From assembly GCA_002633005.1 (NCBI GenBank), contig NMRA01000562.1, positions 125,807-189,806 on the forward strand: a stretch of DNA of 64,000 nt, written 5' to 3'. The stretch is from Phoronis australis. Taxonomy: Eukaryota > Animalia > Phoronida. Made by a program: the position numbers and the translations under genes. Below are positions 1 to 13,179 of this stretch, one piece after another (position 1 is the first letter of the stretch; each line of letters begins with the position of its first letter). The notes under the pieces were generated by a model, which ran no database searches, was not told where the DNA came from, and saw only the letters and a program-made list of their open reading frames with translations.

Positions 1-29
1 ACTTTAACCGAATGTAACACACATATACA

Positions 30-300
30 TGTAGTTGCGGGGCATTTATATTGGGTGGATTGTAAGAACAGTGGAAAACCGGGATATATAATGTAGTGGG
101 GCATATATCTAATGGGACATATAAAGTTGTGGGCTATATATTGTCTACACCTAACGGGACATATATACTTGCGGGCTATATATTGTACTGGGGCATATAC
201 CTAGTGAGGTATATATAGTTGCGGGATATATATTGTTCCGGGGCATATATGCAATGGGGCATATATAGTTACGGGCTATATATTTTATATATACCCCGGA
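30..300. repeat. Degenerate minisatellite (~21-bp units, ggggcatatat...)
   Basis: Repeated gcggg(c/a)tatata / ggggcatatat motifs at roughly 20-22 bp spacing. Confidence 0.75.
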
Positions 301-365
301 ACAAGGTCTCAAAATTTTACCCCACTTCAAGGTTTCAAATAATAACCCCACATCTGCGTATAAAC

Positions 366-368
<3 letters not shown>

Positions 369-408
<40 letters not shown>
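369..408. repeat. (TA)n microsatellite
   Basis: Direct reading; source of the YIYIYI ORFs. Confidence 0.97.
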
Positions 409-410
<2 letters not shown>

Positions 411-2159
411 CTTAAAATTTTTGGCCTAATACACAACAGAATTGTCAACAAGTTTAAAGTGTTACTAAACCCTGGCGATTTCAGACAATCCTCCGTCTGT
501 CGGCTAATGCATCTGTGGCGTTCCACTTGAGTGATAAAATCAGGATTCAACTAAAACTCAGTATTTTCTGTGTCCCAGATAGAATATTATGGTTTGTGGT
601 GGGTGGTCTTCCCTCACAAATCTCTTGTAACTCGTCTAATTTGTAAATCACACTTGTCCGTTTAGCAAAGTTGTCAGTAAAAATAGGTACTTTCAAACTG
701 TGCTCCAAAAATTGAGGATTGTCGAGGGTTACATAGCATTATTGCGTTTTTGATATCTGTTAATAGGTCAAAACCAAGTTTGGTATCCTTTGACCCAAGA
801 GGCTGAAGATCTTCAAGAATACTATAGAAATACCAACATTTAGCTCTTGTTGAATGTCTGCCATGTTGTTCTCTGTACCTTCGTACATTGCAACACTGAG
901 GTCTAGACCAATTCTGTAATTACTTCTTGCTAACACCAAAAGAATGGATGACACAGGTTTTTTTTATTACCTAAAGAAAATCATCACGCAGTTTTGCTCA
1001 ATCTGTTTGCAAGAAATAATACATCTGATCAGATAAAATTACGGTTTAAAGTGTATGCAGCATTCATCCAAAAGAACGCGCGTAGAGACAGACGTATTGA
1101 AATACTTCGACAACGTCTCAATTTTTTAGCTTGAGACAGCATGTAGCGCCCCCTCTTGCTCAAATTTATTACACTAGGAGTGCATTCCCATTCCTGTAGT
1201 TTTGTTGAAAGGTTAAATTAAGACAACGTAAAGGAACACAAAAAATGGACACACGTAAAAAACACTAGCACACTTTTTCAATTGTGTGTATTTGTTTTTT
1301 GTGTATTAAGAGAAGTCGGCGAAAAAATCAAATGATATATATTCCGTGAGCATGATCTGTCTCTGGTGGAAATGAAGCTGAAGAAGAAATGCATCTTTCA
1401 ATTGTATGCCGAGGATTCTAATTTCAGGGATTTACTCGACATTCAGCAACGTTGCTTATAACTGTGTTGGGTATGTTATATTTAAAAATCGGTTCACTGA
1501 ATTAACAGTAGAATTTAAATGGAGTGCACTGATACGCCGTAAAATGTAACGACAGTGAAAAGTAACAACTACGTAAAATGTAGCTGTCGTTACATTTTAC
1601 GTAGTTGTTACTTTTCACGTCGAACGCACATGCGAGGAATGTACCATTGTTACATTTTACGAAACCACGTCATATTGCAAAGAAAATGACGAAAATCACG
1701 AATAAGTGGTATCTGACACGGCCGGGGGTACTGGAGCATTTTAGACGAGAAGTGCCGCCCGAAAAACTTGAATATCTACCTGTTTAGAGAGTGGGATGGA
1801 ACAATAAGTGACCCATTTAGAGACTAATTTGTGTAAAACTTCACAATTTCACACACTTCTGTTCTAGAAATTCACGAAAGCCACCATTTAGATATAGTTT
1901 TGTCAAAAATGGCACCATTTTGGAAAGTATTTTTTCTGTGAAAAAACAACCTTTTGAGCAGCACTTTTCGTATACATCTTTTATAGGAATGACACGGGCT
2001 GACACGACATGAATTTGGATACCTATTATCATTTTTATTAGTATTAAATTATTATCAGTACTGTTACTACTATTAATACTATTACTACTATCATAAGTAT
2101 TACTCGTTATCGTTTTCGCTATCGTTATTATTATTATTATTATTAATATTTTTAAATTT

Positions 2160-2333
2160 ATTTATTGAGGACACGAAACATGTTTAGCAAAGTGCTAATA
2201 CATCATTGTCCTCAAAGATTTTAAAATCATCTCATTCACGGTTCAATGTTGTCATCGGGTTTTCCATAGTGGTCGGTGAGTGCTGTTCCAAAAGGATTTT
2301 AAAGGGGCTCCTATGTTCAGCTTTAACGATATT
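2160..2333 (-). mobile_element. 3' end of an L2/Crack-like LINE, split by the Academ insertion (continues ~5504-5600)
   Basis: Minus strand: decayed K-LWN-L-type RT C-terminus, gaggaca...tgtcctc stem-loop, aataaa, then AT-rich simple tail. Confidence 0.45.
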
Positions 2334-5300
2334 TAGTGGGTAGGCCAGATTTCATAGTGGTCATCATTGTGAGTACTTTGGTGGCGCAACCTAGTTATTC
2401 TATGTGGCTAGATATTACACCTATAAATCCAATTCCAAAATGTTTCCACTTCTACAGTTGCACATTTTTTTTTAAAAAAAAGTGTTTTCGTTGCACGAAA
2501 TATTATGCACATTCCTGCCACTTGGTGGCGCTTTTCTATTGAATTGACCAATCATAGAACCAGATTGTATTGTTGTGCTTAGTTACTTCAATATGGCAGC
2601 TCCCATGGAATGTGGTGCCTGTATATATCAAGGTTTATCAAACAGCAAAAATTGTGATGCCAGAACCTGAAGAAGCTTAGAGCAGCATCCTGACAAAAGC
2701 TGATGCACTGTGGAATTCTTTAGATACAGTGTAAGTAGATAGAAAAGAAGAAGAGGTGTCGCAAACGTTTGTGCAGAAAACAGCTGCATGTCTTGCTATA
2801 GCCTATACAGTATACTGCTGCAGAAGACCAAGTGTCAGACCAAAAATTGAAAGGACATAGAAAGGCATAGCAACGTTTCAAGACACAAGCAGTAGTACTA
2901 AAGCTTAAGCTGTTGAAAGTGATCAATTAGACTTCCAAAATCTGAAACACCCAATTAACCTGAACAGGAAAGGAACATTCTGAAACAAGAGTGCATCATT
3001 TGTTACCAGGAAAAGTATATTATGGACCACACTTCAAGAAAGAGAAAGAAGTAACAATTTTATAGCTTTGAAAAATATGTGGTTTTACGTGTTTTTTGAA
3101 AGGTACATTTTGGTGTTTTCCAAGTGTGTTTCGATATTATCACCAGTTGTTTTTTTTTAATTTGTTCCGCCCCTTGGCTGCCTAGGCCTCAGACAATGCC
3201 GCTGATCCAGTAGAGACGGTGATCATACCATAGGTACTCCATATGCCAGATGCTTTTCGGCGAATTATGCATCACACTGGTCAAACCATAAGTCAGGTTC
3301 CTATAAGTTTAGAAGTACCGCGTAGAGAGATGCCTCTGCGGAGGCCGTTAATGTTTTCATTTGTTCCCAGCTTAAACAAATACTCCTGCAGTCCTGTTTT
3401 TCGAACACTCCCTTGTTCAGTTGCCACATCAACGCTGCTTGTGCCAGGGGATAATCATATGGCGTTATACTGGTGGGGTGGTTGATTTTAAGTACTTTAA
3501 GTCAAAAATTGTTGAGATGGTTAAATGCCTTTGATTGTTGCAATCAACATTCCAAAGTGGCCGTAATCCCTTGCCGTAATCCTGGGGGAACCTCTTCTTA
3601 ATTTTTGTAAACATTAATTACTCAGTTAGCTGCAACAGTAATTAAATCAAATTGCTTCAATGGCCAGCGTCCCCGTCTTAATTTGAGGACAGTGGAAATC
3701 ACTGTCCATTTCGTCAAACGTTGTCTTATGTGTAAATCGCTTGACTATGGTATGAGCATCTGATTTAAAAAATTAATTTCAATCACTGCACTGGTTTATT
3801 AACTGATTTATTTCCAGTTGCATCAACTAGTCTATTATTAGACGATCAACATTTTCAGGCGACAGATCAGACGGCATGTAAATTTGTTAGGCTGGTGGTG
3901 GATCAGTTGCTGATAAGTCCGTCTGAAAACTTTGCATGCCAACTCACTCATAGTTAAATGTTAAATTAGTTTTAACAGTTCGGGATTTTTTCAGTTGGAC
4001 TTATATCGCAAGCAACAGCTCAGTCCAGAGCCCTGGACATGCAAATGAAATTCAAGGATAAAGACCTTGTGTCTTAGAAACCAAGTACCACAGATCATCG
4101 TGCTTTAAAAAATACAAAGACAAGAATTGTGAAGAGTGACGAATCCACAGTTTTCAGAGATGTTTTTCTACAATTTTGTTCATTGAATGAAAGCTTCTAA
4201 CACATGGAGATGTCATTTGCCTTTCAAAACTAAAGCAAGACTTCGAAGCTGTTCTTCAGAAAGCTGGTGTGCATGAAGTTATTTGGACAGGCAATCTTAA
4301 GAAACGACTGCTGAAGCTACTCACTGTTGTAGTTTGTGCCGACTAAGAAATACGAAAGTGAATTGAGGCTAGTGTTCAATAATTCCCTTGCTGACTATAA
4401 TTAACACTGCCCATTATAACATATTTTGAATCAAACGTTTGCCTAAATCCTTCCGCCTCCAAACAAGGACTTAGAGTTTGATCCTTCATTGCTTGCGGAC
4501 CATTCCCAGTGCGCAGTGCTGTACCCTCTCTAATCCTTGGAGGTGGAGCTTTGCAGTTAAAATGTGTGCAATGACGGCAGCTCTATTGACAGTACTATAC
4601 GATGAACGCTGCAAGTGCAAAAAGAACATTTTTGCTGGGAAACTGTATTTGTGCTGCAATGCTGGGTCAAACTGTACAGAAATGTGCAGCTGTGACAACT
4701 GAAGTAACATCAGCAACAATGACTGCATAACATTGGATAGTTCTTTGACAAGTCAACCCTAAATAGACCTCCAACCCCGTTATTTCGTTTTTGTATTAAA
4801 AAGTTAATTTTATTTGTTGATTAAGTCATATAAATTACATACTTTGATCATTGTTATGTATTTGTCTCATACTGCTTGCTAAACGTTGTCAGAATAAGCT
4901 ATTATTTTCATACAGTCTGTGTGCACATTCACAGAAATCATTCAACTATATTGCTTTTGTACTATAACGTATTTCTGGTGTATTATGCAAACAAGCTATA
5001 TTTTACACCATAAGGCAATAGTTCAGTCATTGAGGCACAAATTTTGCCCAGTCTCAAATCTTTTGTGTTAGTTTTGTTGCCAGACAATGCCAGAATTACC
5101 TCCTAGTAACATTCAGACTTAGTTTGAATTTCCGGCACTAGGTGTCACTTTACATATTTTTTTAAATTTCACTGTTTACAATTAGTCTACAATAGTAAAA
5201 CATGTAATGTGAGTGTATTAGTGTTCAATACAATGACATAGATGGGACTATATTACTTGTTTTACCAAAAAAGATACCAGAAACTGTTGTTTTTACAAAT

Positions 5301-5503
5301 ACAAGTTCTCTAAGCTCTATGGTGGTTGTCATGCGACTTCAAACTCAAATTTCTCAAAAATGTGCAACTTTTTGTAGGGGAACTTTTTAGATTTTGAAAA
5401 CACTGTAATAAATGAATTAAAAAACACCAAAATAAATATGCCTCCCTAAAGTACTCACAAAAAACCTTTTCCAGAAGCCCTACAAATTCTGGCCCACCGC
5501 CTA
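2334..5503 (+). mobile_element. Degenerate, internally deleted Academ DNA transposon
   Basis: TAG...CTA termini; TIR tagtgggtaggccaga..tgtgagtacttt vs rc taggcggtgggccaga..tgtgagtacttt; 3-bp TSD ATT (2331-2333/5504-5506); transposase relics ECIICYQEK (~2990), DLV-LETKYHRSSCFKKY (~4065-4115), LPP...LILHCLR...RCKCKK...CTEMCSCDN CXC tail (4450-4702). Confidence 0.9.
3190..3990 (-). mobile_element. Highly decayed non-LTR retrotransposon fragment nested in Academ
   Basis: Minus strand LRGTSKLI..TYGLTS...W RT-tail-like motif (~3260-3330) and endonuclease-like YLKSTTPP segment; interrupts the Academ transposase relics. Confidence 0.4.
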
Positions 5504-7104
5504 ATTGTGAGGAACGTCTTGACAGCTGTGAATGCAGAGTAGGCCTACTTTTTGGAAACGAGGAGGCCGATATTTAAAATCTTGTTTAGGCGTGCACCAA
5601 CTTCAAAAATTGATTATTTCTGAACTATTGACAAGCACTGTATTATCTGTAAATATAACTATATCCAGTAGTAGTTTGCCACGAAGAACTGAATTGAGAC
5701 CGCAATATTATCTCTGACCTGTTGAAAACATTCCTTGTTTAAAGAATTGTGGATCGTTCCACAATGATGTGTAAGTTCAAAAATTGCGTTAAGCTGAACT
5801 CTGGAGGCAGACATTTTTCGAGAACTAACGACTAGTCGGCTGCGGTCACCGGGTCATTAGAAAAGCAGGTAACGAATATACAAAACACGCAACTTTAATT
5901 CACATTTCATCTTAAAAGATAATGGAAAGAGAAAGTGCATGTTATTATAGTCCGAAAGGCCGACAGTCAGCTTTTTTGGATTAATGCCCTTTTAAACTAT
6001 CGACCTTGACCCGGTATGAGAAAAATGACCACGTCCCTTCAGAGTGCAAAATATTTTCTATTTTCCCATGTTTACGTACGTCACGGTTTCACCTGTTGTT
6101 ACCACCATTATTTCAAACAAGCTTGACATCATAGGAACAACGATATTTCTTTCGTTACTATGCCGCCACGTTTTTAAGCTAATGGCTACCCCTTCTCAAA
6201 GGCGATATTTTGCTGTTTTTTTGGCAAAATCTGCCAACCTACCGGCAAATAAATGGGTGCTTCTATATCCTTCCAAAATAATGTCTTTAAGAAATTGTCA
6301 TTCGTAACTAAGGTGGTAGACAGCACCCGCAGTCATCAGGAACGTAGGGTTTGCTCCTTTTGTGTGAAGTAGGGCAATTACTGCATTAGCCATGACTCCA
6401 AGGCCGAAATAAACCAAACTATCGTGGACTAAAACTGGTGTTTTTTGTATCAAATTGGCTTCCGAAATTGAATTCTACATGAAAAAGAATGTTAATGTCG
6501 TTCGTTCCCGAAGAAATACGATAAATATTAACCAAATACGATGTCGTTGTTGTTCTTATCAAGGGAAGTGTGTTTACTGTAGTGTCGGATACACAATTGG
6601 TTTATAAGCGCCAACAAAAGATTGCAAGAACGCGTTTACGATAAAAAACTTGTTACCTGATCCTGGAAACTCCTTTCTGTGGAGTTGAACTGTACGCTGT
6701 ACATTTTTGACTATACCATAAAACTACTCATGTTAAAAAATATTTGATAAAATTTCATTCACACAATCCGAGAAAGAAGGCGTTAAGTGTGTCAACAATT
6801 TTCCTCCGTGTGGCAAATACGTGCAAACCCATGAAATATGACTTTGCTTTTCTAAAATGTAACAATGGTACATTTCTCGCTTTTGCATTCGACGTAAATT
6901 GTAACAATTTCATAAAATGTAACAACTTGTTACATTTTAGGAGAGGCCTAGCAACGTCAAATGTAACAATGACATAAAATGTAACAATTGTTACATTTTA
7001 TGAAATTGTTACATTTTACGGAGTATCTGTGCACTCAGACATTTACTCGTTTCTACGTTGATACGCAATGACTAAACACACGATTCAATAGCTGCCATGT
7101 TTAA

Positions 7105-9282
7105 AGTCCTGGTCTCAAAATGACAATGTGGTTCCAGTATCCGAAAATACTTACTGAATAAAATCTTTTTTTTTCGACACTCTTTCTTTATATTCTTTTC
7201 GCCTTTCTTGCCAAAAAGCGAATTTTTAACACTAGTTGAGCCTTCTCTGTGAGCGTACAATTACCGGCTGTTATCGGTTATTTCTGTACCCGCATTTCCG
7301 GCTCATCAGTTCAGGAACTTGTCCTGAACGCCGCCATTTTTTCCTTGTAACTGAATGTGCTATCGCTTGCTCGAAAAGTCTTCATTATTTTGTTTTATTA
7401 GAAATATCTCGTGATTCATTTGCATATGTAGTGTATTTATATTTTGTAGTTAGTGGTCGTTGAATTTTTTTTGGAATGTTATGCGTACTTATTATGTTAA
7501 AATAGCATTGGTGTTTAGTTCCTTACGTAGGGCGGTCGAACCTAGGAACCAATATGAATAAAACCAACTTTTTTTCGTTTTGATTTTTTCTCGTTTTGAC
7601 AAAGTACTTTGCTATCATCGGAAAGATAGTGCATTCTGCTCAGTAAAAATGAAATAGTATTATCAAAATAGAGGCACGCAGTGTAAAGTTATTGCAATTT
7701 TTGTGGCGAAATTTGGGTCACTTTGTCGGACATATTGGAGGACAGCGGGATAAGTTACGAGTTTAAAATTTTCTGTAAATTGTTTTCGCCAACAATTTAC
7801 TGTGAAATTTAGTTAGACATATCTTTACTTAGTATTCTGAACTATTCAACAGTGTTCACCAGATTTCAGCCTCGCAGTTGTTTCTCATTAAGTGATAAAT
7901 GTGCTCACAATTCCCCCGCGTTGGACTTCGTCTCATTTCTGGCGGCACCGACAACATGGCGACTTTTGTTGAAATGAAAGGCATGTTCAACCTGTTACTT
8001 TGTAATTTGTGAAGATTTAACGTTGATACATTTTGACAAACGTTGCTACAGAAAAAGAATCTTTGTTCAATTTTCGTGTTTTTGGTACAAAAATATCAGA
8101 TATATTCGAATTATTTTACTCTGAATGTCCCATTCAGGTGATCTTACACTAAGCAAAAAATAGTTGAAATAATTTTGAAATGGTTTTTTGTTTGACTGTC
8201 AACTGCTGTTCAAGGTGTTTGTAATGTTAAATGTTGGAAAGCACTGTGCAATTTAATTTCTTATTGTGGTAAAATGTTGAATCATTTTGGCTTAAAGAAT
8301 AAAATGATAACATTTTGTATTGGACTTGTCATACTTATGTGCTCGAACGAGCCCCCTATTTGGAGAAATGGAAAAAGGTCTGCCTCAGTCAGAGAAGCAT
8401 TAACTCCGAAAAACAGTACAAAACGAGACAATATTCCACGAGAAGACAGGAAGTACAAAAATTTAGCGTCTGCAATTCATAGCTCTGAACATACCCAGTG
8501 AATCTTACAGTAAAAGATAGACACTCCCAAAATTCCAGCCCCCATTTTTTAGACTTGGTACGCTCATACAAAGACTGAGAAAATCTCTGTTGAAATCCAC
8601 AACTTTGCACAGTTCGCCAGAAGTACCCAAGTTTTAAATAAACCTCGCTTGAGCGAGCGCTGTGACCAGCGACCAGGTAGGCCTAAGGGTAGCCTTGACG
8701 CAAAGCTGTATAGGCCTACGAACAAGCTGTAGTTAGTCTTCATACTGGTAGCTGGCACTGAGGCTAGCTAAGGGCTGCCGCGGCAGAGTGACAAAGTGTC
8801 TGAAACTACCTTTGAATGTATACGGCATTGATGATTTGAAAATTTTACTTCGACAAAACATTCTGCAACCGCATGCCTTTACCGTACGTCAGTGTCTGGT
8901 CACGATCCGCACCGGGTCCGATAGGCTGCGGTCCCGAGTCCGGCAAAATAATTTCTGTCAAAATTTATTCCTCACATTTCTTCAGCAAATTCGATAAAAT
9001 TGTCCGTATTTAGATTTTATTAAAATTAAGGCGCGCTGTCGATTATTCTTCCCCATTTGTAGGCTGGTAACAGGCACTCGTCCATTCACACTGATGGCGT
9101 TTTATTAGCCTGGGTTTCTGAATGAATTGTACTTCCGGGTTCGCGGAGGTTCTTCGGGTGCGAATCTTGAGTGGCACGTTCATTTAAACTTTTTTCGAGT
9201 ACGTACCGTGTATAAGTTATGGGGTAAGTACTTCTTTGGATCCATATAACATCCTCTAACCATGTAATAAAGGTTAACAACG
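7105..9282 (-). mobile_element. Non-autonomous Kolobok-type element, truncated inverted copy of 42945-45500
   Basis: TTAA (7101-7104) then AGTCCT terminus; collinear reverse-complement similarity to 42945-45500 (paralogous ORFs 7236..7463 vs 45166..45372 and 9086..9280 vs 42979..43305); other TIR missing. Confidence 0.9.
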
Positions 9283-9284
9283 TA

Positions 9285-10155
9285 CTTTCATAGCCATTGA
9301 ATACATGTCTGAATTTTCTGCTGAGTGTAAAGTAACATTCTCTTAGCCCAGTCCTCCAAGTTCGCGAATTTTCGTATAGAACTCATTACTATGCACTACG
9401 ACTGTCGTTAAAGTCGTCGTAGGCTATGCGAGTTTATAGCGCAAAAATCCGCGTCGGTGCACTTGTACGAACATTTCTATCACACACAATCTGTCCAAAC
9501 AAAATTAGTGGGAAGAACCACTGAAATTTCGAATGTTTATCAAAGGGATAGCTGCAGTCACCACTCGGCTCACGCGCAACTCACCTGTCATGAAGTACAT
9601 GCGCATTTCGACTGAGCAGCTTTAATTTTGAACTAATCGACCCGAACTGTATGCAACAAAAATTCACTGAACTACCCTCCAGCGGTAGTCGTCTGCATAA
9701 TGATACTTATCACCGACAAAGTGTCATTGCTTGCATGCCTTACATTGTACAGCTAAAGTATTTCCTCATTCGCGGCAGAAGTCATTGTAGTGTTTCTTTA
9801 TTCCATGCTTTTATAAGATAGTTTATTTCTTCAGATGGCATGCAGTACCTTTCTTAACACGTCATGCAATAAAAGATAAATTCTGATTTCCTGTATAAAC
9901 ATTTGCCTTAAATGAAACGGGACTTCCCCGCCAGGAACTTACTTACTTGTAAAGGGAAGTGTGCGACTTTTAAGAAACAATAATGACAATTTCGTTTCAC
10001 TCACCACCAAAACACAAATTACAAACGTCCTTAATCTACGTACAACACAAACTAGAAACCCGTCCACTCACAGAAATGGCTAAATAGGAAGATAAGCATC
10101 ATTATAATCGCAAATAACAGTCCTCATCTGCTATTCTTCGAAGTGGTAAGAACAT
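9285..10155 (-). pseudogene. Candidate Spaetzle/neurotrophin-like cystine-knot pseudogene (copy A)
   Basis: TATA-like motif ~10205-10211; hydrophobic exon GLLFAIIMMLIFLFSHF with gtgagt donor ~10071; knot relics CTS/MTG...YKCTDADFCAINSHS..QS*CIVMSSIRKFA (9290-9600); abuts the Kolobok element. Confidence 0.4.
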
Positions 10156-10979
10156 CGCTCCGACAATCGCAACCAACTACTGCGGTAGGCTCGCATCCAG
10201 CCTCTATATAACTAGGCTGGTGTACATCTCGTAAAGAAGGTCGTATGATCAAATTTTTACCGTACTAATTTGAGGTACAGTGCAGATCTTATCGGTTTTG
10301 CATGTCGTGTACATCGCTGGACTTGTCGCCTTTATTTAACTATCAAAAACTATGAACAAAATGAGTCAGGTCACATCAAAAGGGATACACACGAGCACCG
10401 AAACGTTATTACGACTCATTTCAATTGCCTTTACTGCTACTGAAAAGATTCAGAATATTGGAAAACGCAAACTTGACATTTTCAGCTCAAACTCCCATTT
10501 CCATGCTAAAGCTGGACACGAGCAAATTCATGCAAATTATAGATTCCACAAATGTGGTTCAAAAGGCCTTCCATTTACTCAGATTATTTGAAATTTTGTC
10601 TCAACAGTTTCCACATTTACTCACCGCAAATTAGCACTGTTACAAGAGTCCGCCATTTTTGAGTGAATGGAATGATGTACAGCCGAACTGGTGGACGTTT
10701 CTAAGTCAAAGGTCACTGAGAAAACCAGATTCACCGAACCTATTTGTATGTACGCCCCAAATCTGCGGTAAAACCCGACCTACCCTGGAATTTATTTACT
10801 CTAGTAGAGAGTCCAATTTACCGGCAGCTATTTAGGTCTAAGCCCGCGTTTGCACAAGGCACACTTGTCACGTGCAGCTAAAACGGAACAGTTGATCGGG
10901 CCTTTGTGCGTTAACACGGCTAAAACGGAGCTACGGTAGTTAACACCGCAGCCGTAATTTTTGACATCGGTTTGGGAGA

Positions 10980-11125
10980 TACATGGGCGGTGCAACACTG
11001 AAAAAAGTGGGGGCTATAGCCCCCCTGTGGTGCACTACCCATAGACCATGGGTGGCACAGCACTGAAAAAATGTAGGGGTGGGGGGGAGCTAGAGCCCCC
11101 AGGCACCTGGGGTGCGCCGCACATG
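10980..11125. repeat. Short MITE-like repeat with internal duplication
   Basis: Two ca(a/g)cactgaaaaa..ggggg.ta.agcccc units; catgggcggtgca / tgcgccgcacatg imperfect inverted ends. Confidence 0.5.
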
Positions 11126-11144
11126 ATATAGAGCTACATGTAGT

Positions 11145-11592
11145 TTCACTCAATCACTTGCTCCAGTGTCAACTACACGTCTAAACAGAAACGGGGGCAA
11201 GGCGGAAGGGATCATATTTTTGGGTGACATTCCTTGTGATTTGGACGTTTGCTCCTGTTTATGTGGGGAAGTGCAGACAGTCGTAGTGTAAATGACTCAT
11301 GCAGATCCAGTTTGTGACTTAATGTCGTGTAAATGCAAAGTGGAGCAATACGCGCCGTGACAACATGTTCCGTGACAATTGTTCTTCGTATAACAATGGG
11401 CTATTTGCACAGTGGTGCCACCTACTGATCAGACTCTCCTGCAGTCTCTTCGTAAAGTAGGTACCGTTGAATCCTGATTGCCTGTTGCCACACTTTTGAT
11501 GAGTCACCTTTGATGACACGTGATGCCCCTTGTCATTGTCCAGAATATGTGCTTGGACTCTAGAGGTGTTTCCCTTGCGTGTATACGGGCAA
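11145..11592 (-). pseudogene. Spaetzle/neurotrophin-like cystine-knot pseudo-exon (copy B)
   Basis: Strong acceptor ctcttgcttttccag; CPYTRKG..QAHILDNDKG/HVIKGDSSKVWQQAIRIQR (cf. Spz YKQAIQIEEC) ... FLFRRVVDTG(C)K*L (cf. NT RFIRIDTACVC); several frameshifts. Confidence 0.55.
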
Positions 11593-12569
11593 CTGGAAAA
11601 GCAAGAGATACAGAACGACCCGCAAGGGAGTTTCAGGTCCCTAGTCAGTCCTAAGAAATTTTTGAGACCTTATTAATGTTAACGTGAATTGTGGCTCATT
11701 TCAGTGGTAGCCTGTTAACTAAAAATCGCAGATATCTGTGTTTACGATTGCCAGTGCACGTACTTCAAACACTTTCCGTTAGACATATACACTATAAACG
11801 GTCATCAAAATTCCTTACAGTGCGATTATGTTACAAACAACTCAATTCTTTTTTAATATCGATCTGCAAAAAATAATGAAAAATTTAGTATTGATATTTG
11901 TCCATTGTAAGACAATCGGCAATATTGTCTTGGTATAGTTCCCAAACAGTCGTATTCACGTTCTTCAAGCTTTAACGTTCAGATGGTGGTCAGTGCCATA
12001 GTTTTATTTTTTCGATAGTCTCAAATTTTTGGTTGTTTGAGCCGCGTTTCTTGATACTGCTGCTCTTCGTATCAATCTGTTCGTATTCTTCACCCCTTTA
12101 ATTTTTTATGTGCATGTATTTCTTGAACAGTCGACAATTCCACATTCATAATGGGACAAAGGCGCAATTGTCCTGGAGAGGACCCCGTCTTAAAGGAGGA
12201 TCCTTTATTAAAAACTGAACAAGAATGACTCATACAAGTAAGTCGCAAGGCGTCACTCCAGGATATGAGGTTCGTTTTAAATAATGGATCGATATACAGA
12301 CAGTTTCACAAAAACAGGAAAAATAGTGTCAAGGGGACTTGTCGTATTGGCGCTCTCTAGAGTAATGAGAGCGAAAAGGCGATATCCGCTTGATCCCGAC
12401 TAAAGTACTACATAATGGTTCAATAAGTTAAAAACATAGGAATAAATCCCACTGTCAGTCTCAACCATTGTTTGATTAAGTTAGATTTACCAATTTATTA
12501 GCTTATTAACGTCGGTTGGTATTGAATTTCCCCTGCATTATCAGTCGTAATCGCTGACTTCGCATGGTG

Positions 12570-12692
12570 CGAATTCTTCCTAGCAATGGAAAATGTGTGG
12601 AACATGGTGTTTTTCATCCAAGATGGATATTTTGCCTTTTTCCGTAAGCTAATGGTATATCCCACCGCATGGCAGTGGGAATTTGCCGGCAT
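12570..12692 (-). mobile_element. THAP-domain N-terminal relic (transposon-derived)
   Basis: MPANSHCHAVG(Y<C)TISLRKKAKYPSWMKNTMFHTF: CxxxGC...FHxF pattern. Confidence 0.55.
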
Positions 12693-13179
12693 TTTGACAG
12701 CAGAAACGCTATTTGTAGCAGTTGGGTAAAACATCCCGTGCGCATTACATGTATATGAGATCCGTAGGTGGCCCTGAACACCTATCCACCAAAGACCTGA
12801 TCGCCGTCTGCCTTAGGTCTGGAACCCCCAAATATGAAAAAGATATATAATTTCAAAAAAGTGGTCAGCAGATTATTTTATCATCAGGGGTCTCGGCCAC
12901 AGGTTCGCAATCTGTATAAAGTGAAATACCAGTTCAACAAGAATGGAAACAAGAGAGAGAGAGAGAGACAGATTATCTCGTTATGCGATTTGCCAGATCG
13001 CTGATCGGTTTGGCCATTTGAGGCTTGGTGAATAGATATCCCTTTTGCGCGCTGATTGGCCGTAGGCGACTTTCACAAGCGACACAAGAAACCTTCAAAC
13101 ACTTCAATCTCTGAATATTTAAATGCCAGTTGTTGAAGAGTCTTGTCCTTACTTCTTTGATGTTATAAATTTGAATATT

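Larger units (their letters stand above)
1530..7028. mobile_element. TIR DNA transposon with internally repetitive termini (possibly IS3EU-like), hosting nested insertions
   Basis: Left tgatacgccgtaaaatgtaac vs right (rc) agatactccgtaaaatgtaac; subterminal aaatgtaac/gttacattt arrays at both ends; GTGCAC on both flanks (1524-1529, 7029-7034), a possible 6-bp TSD (palindromic, so ambiguous). Superfamily is a guess. Confidence 0.7.

Noticed and set aside
151-550. YIYIYI-rich ORFs
   Set aside because: Translation of a (TA)n microsatellite and minisatellite.
760-1020. Possible LINE RT C-terminal relic (LRSRPIL*LLLANTKR)
   Set aside because: Resemblance too weak to support a call.
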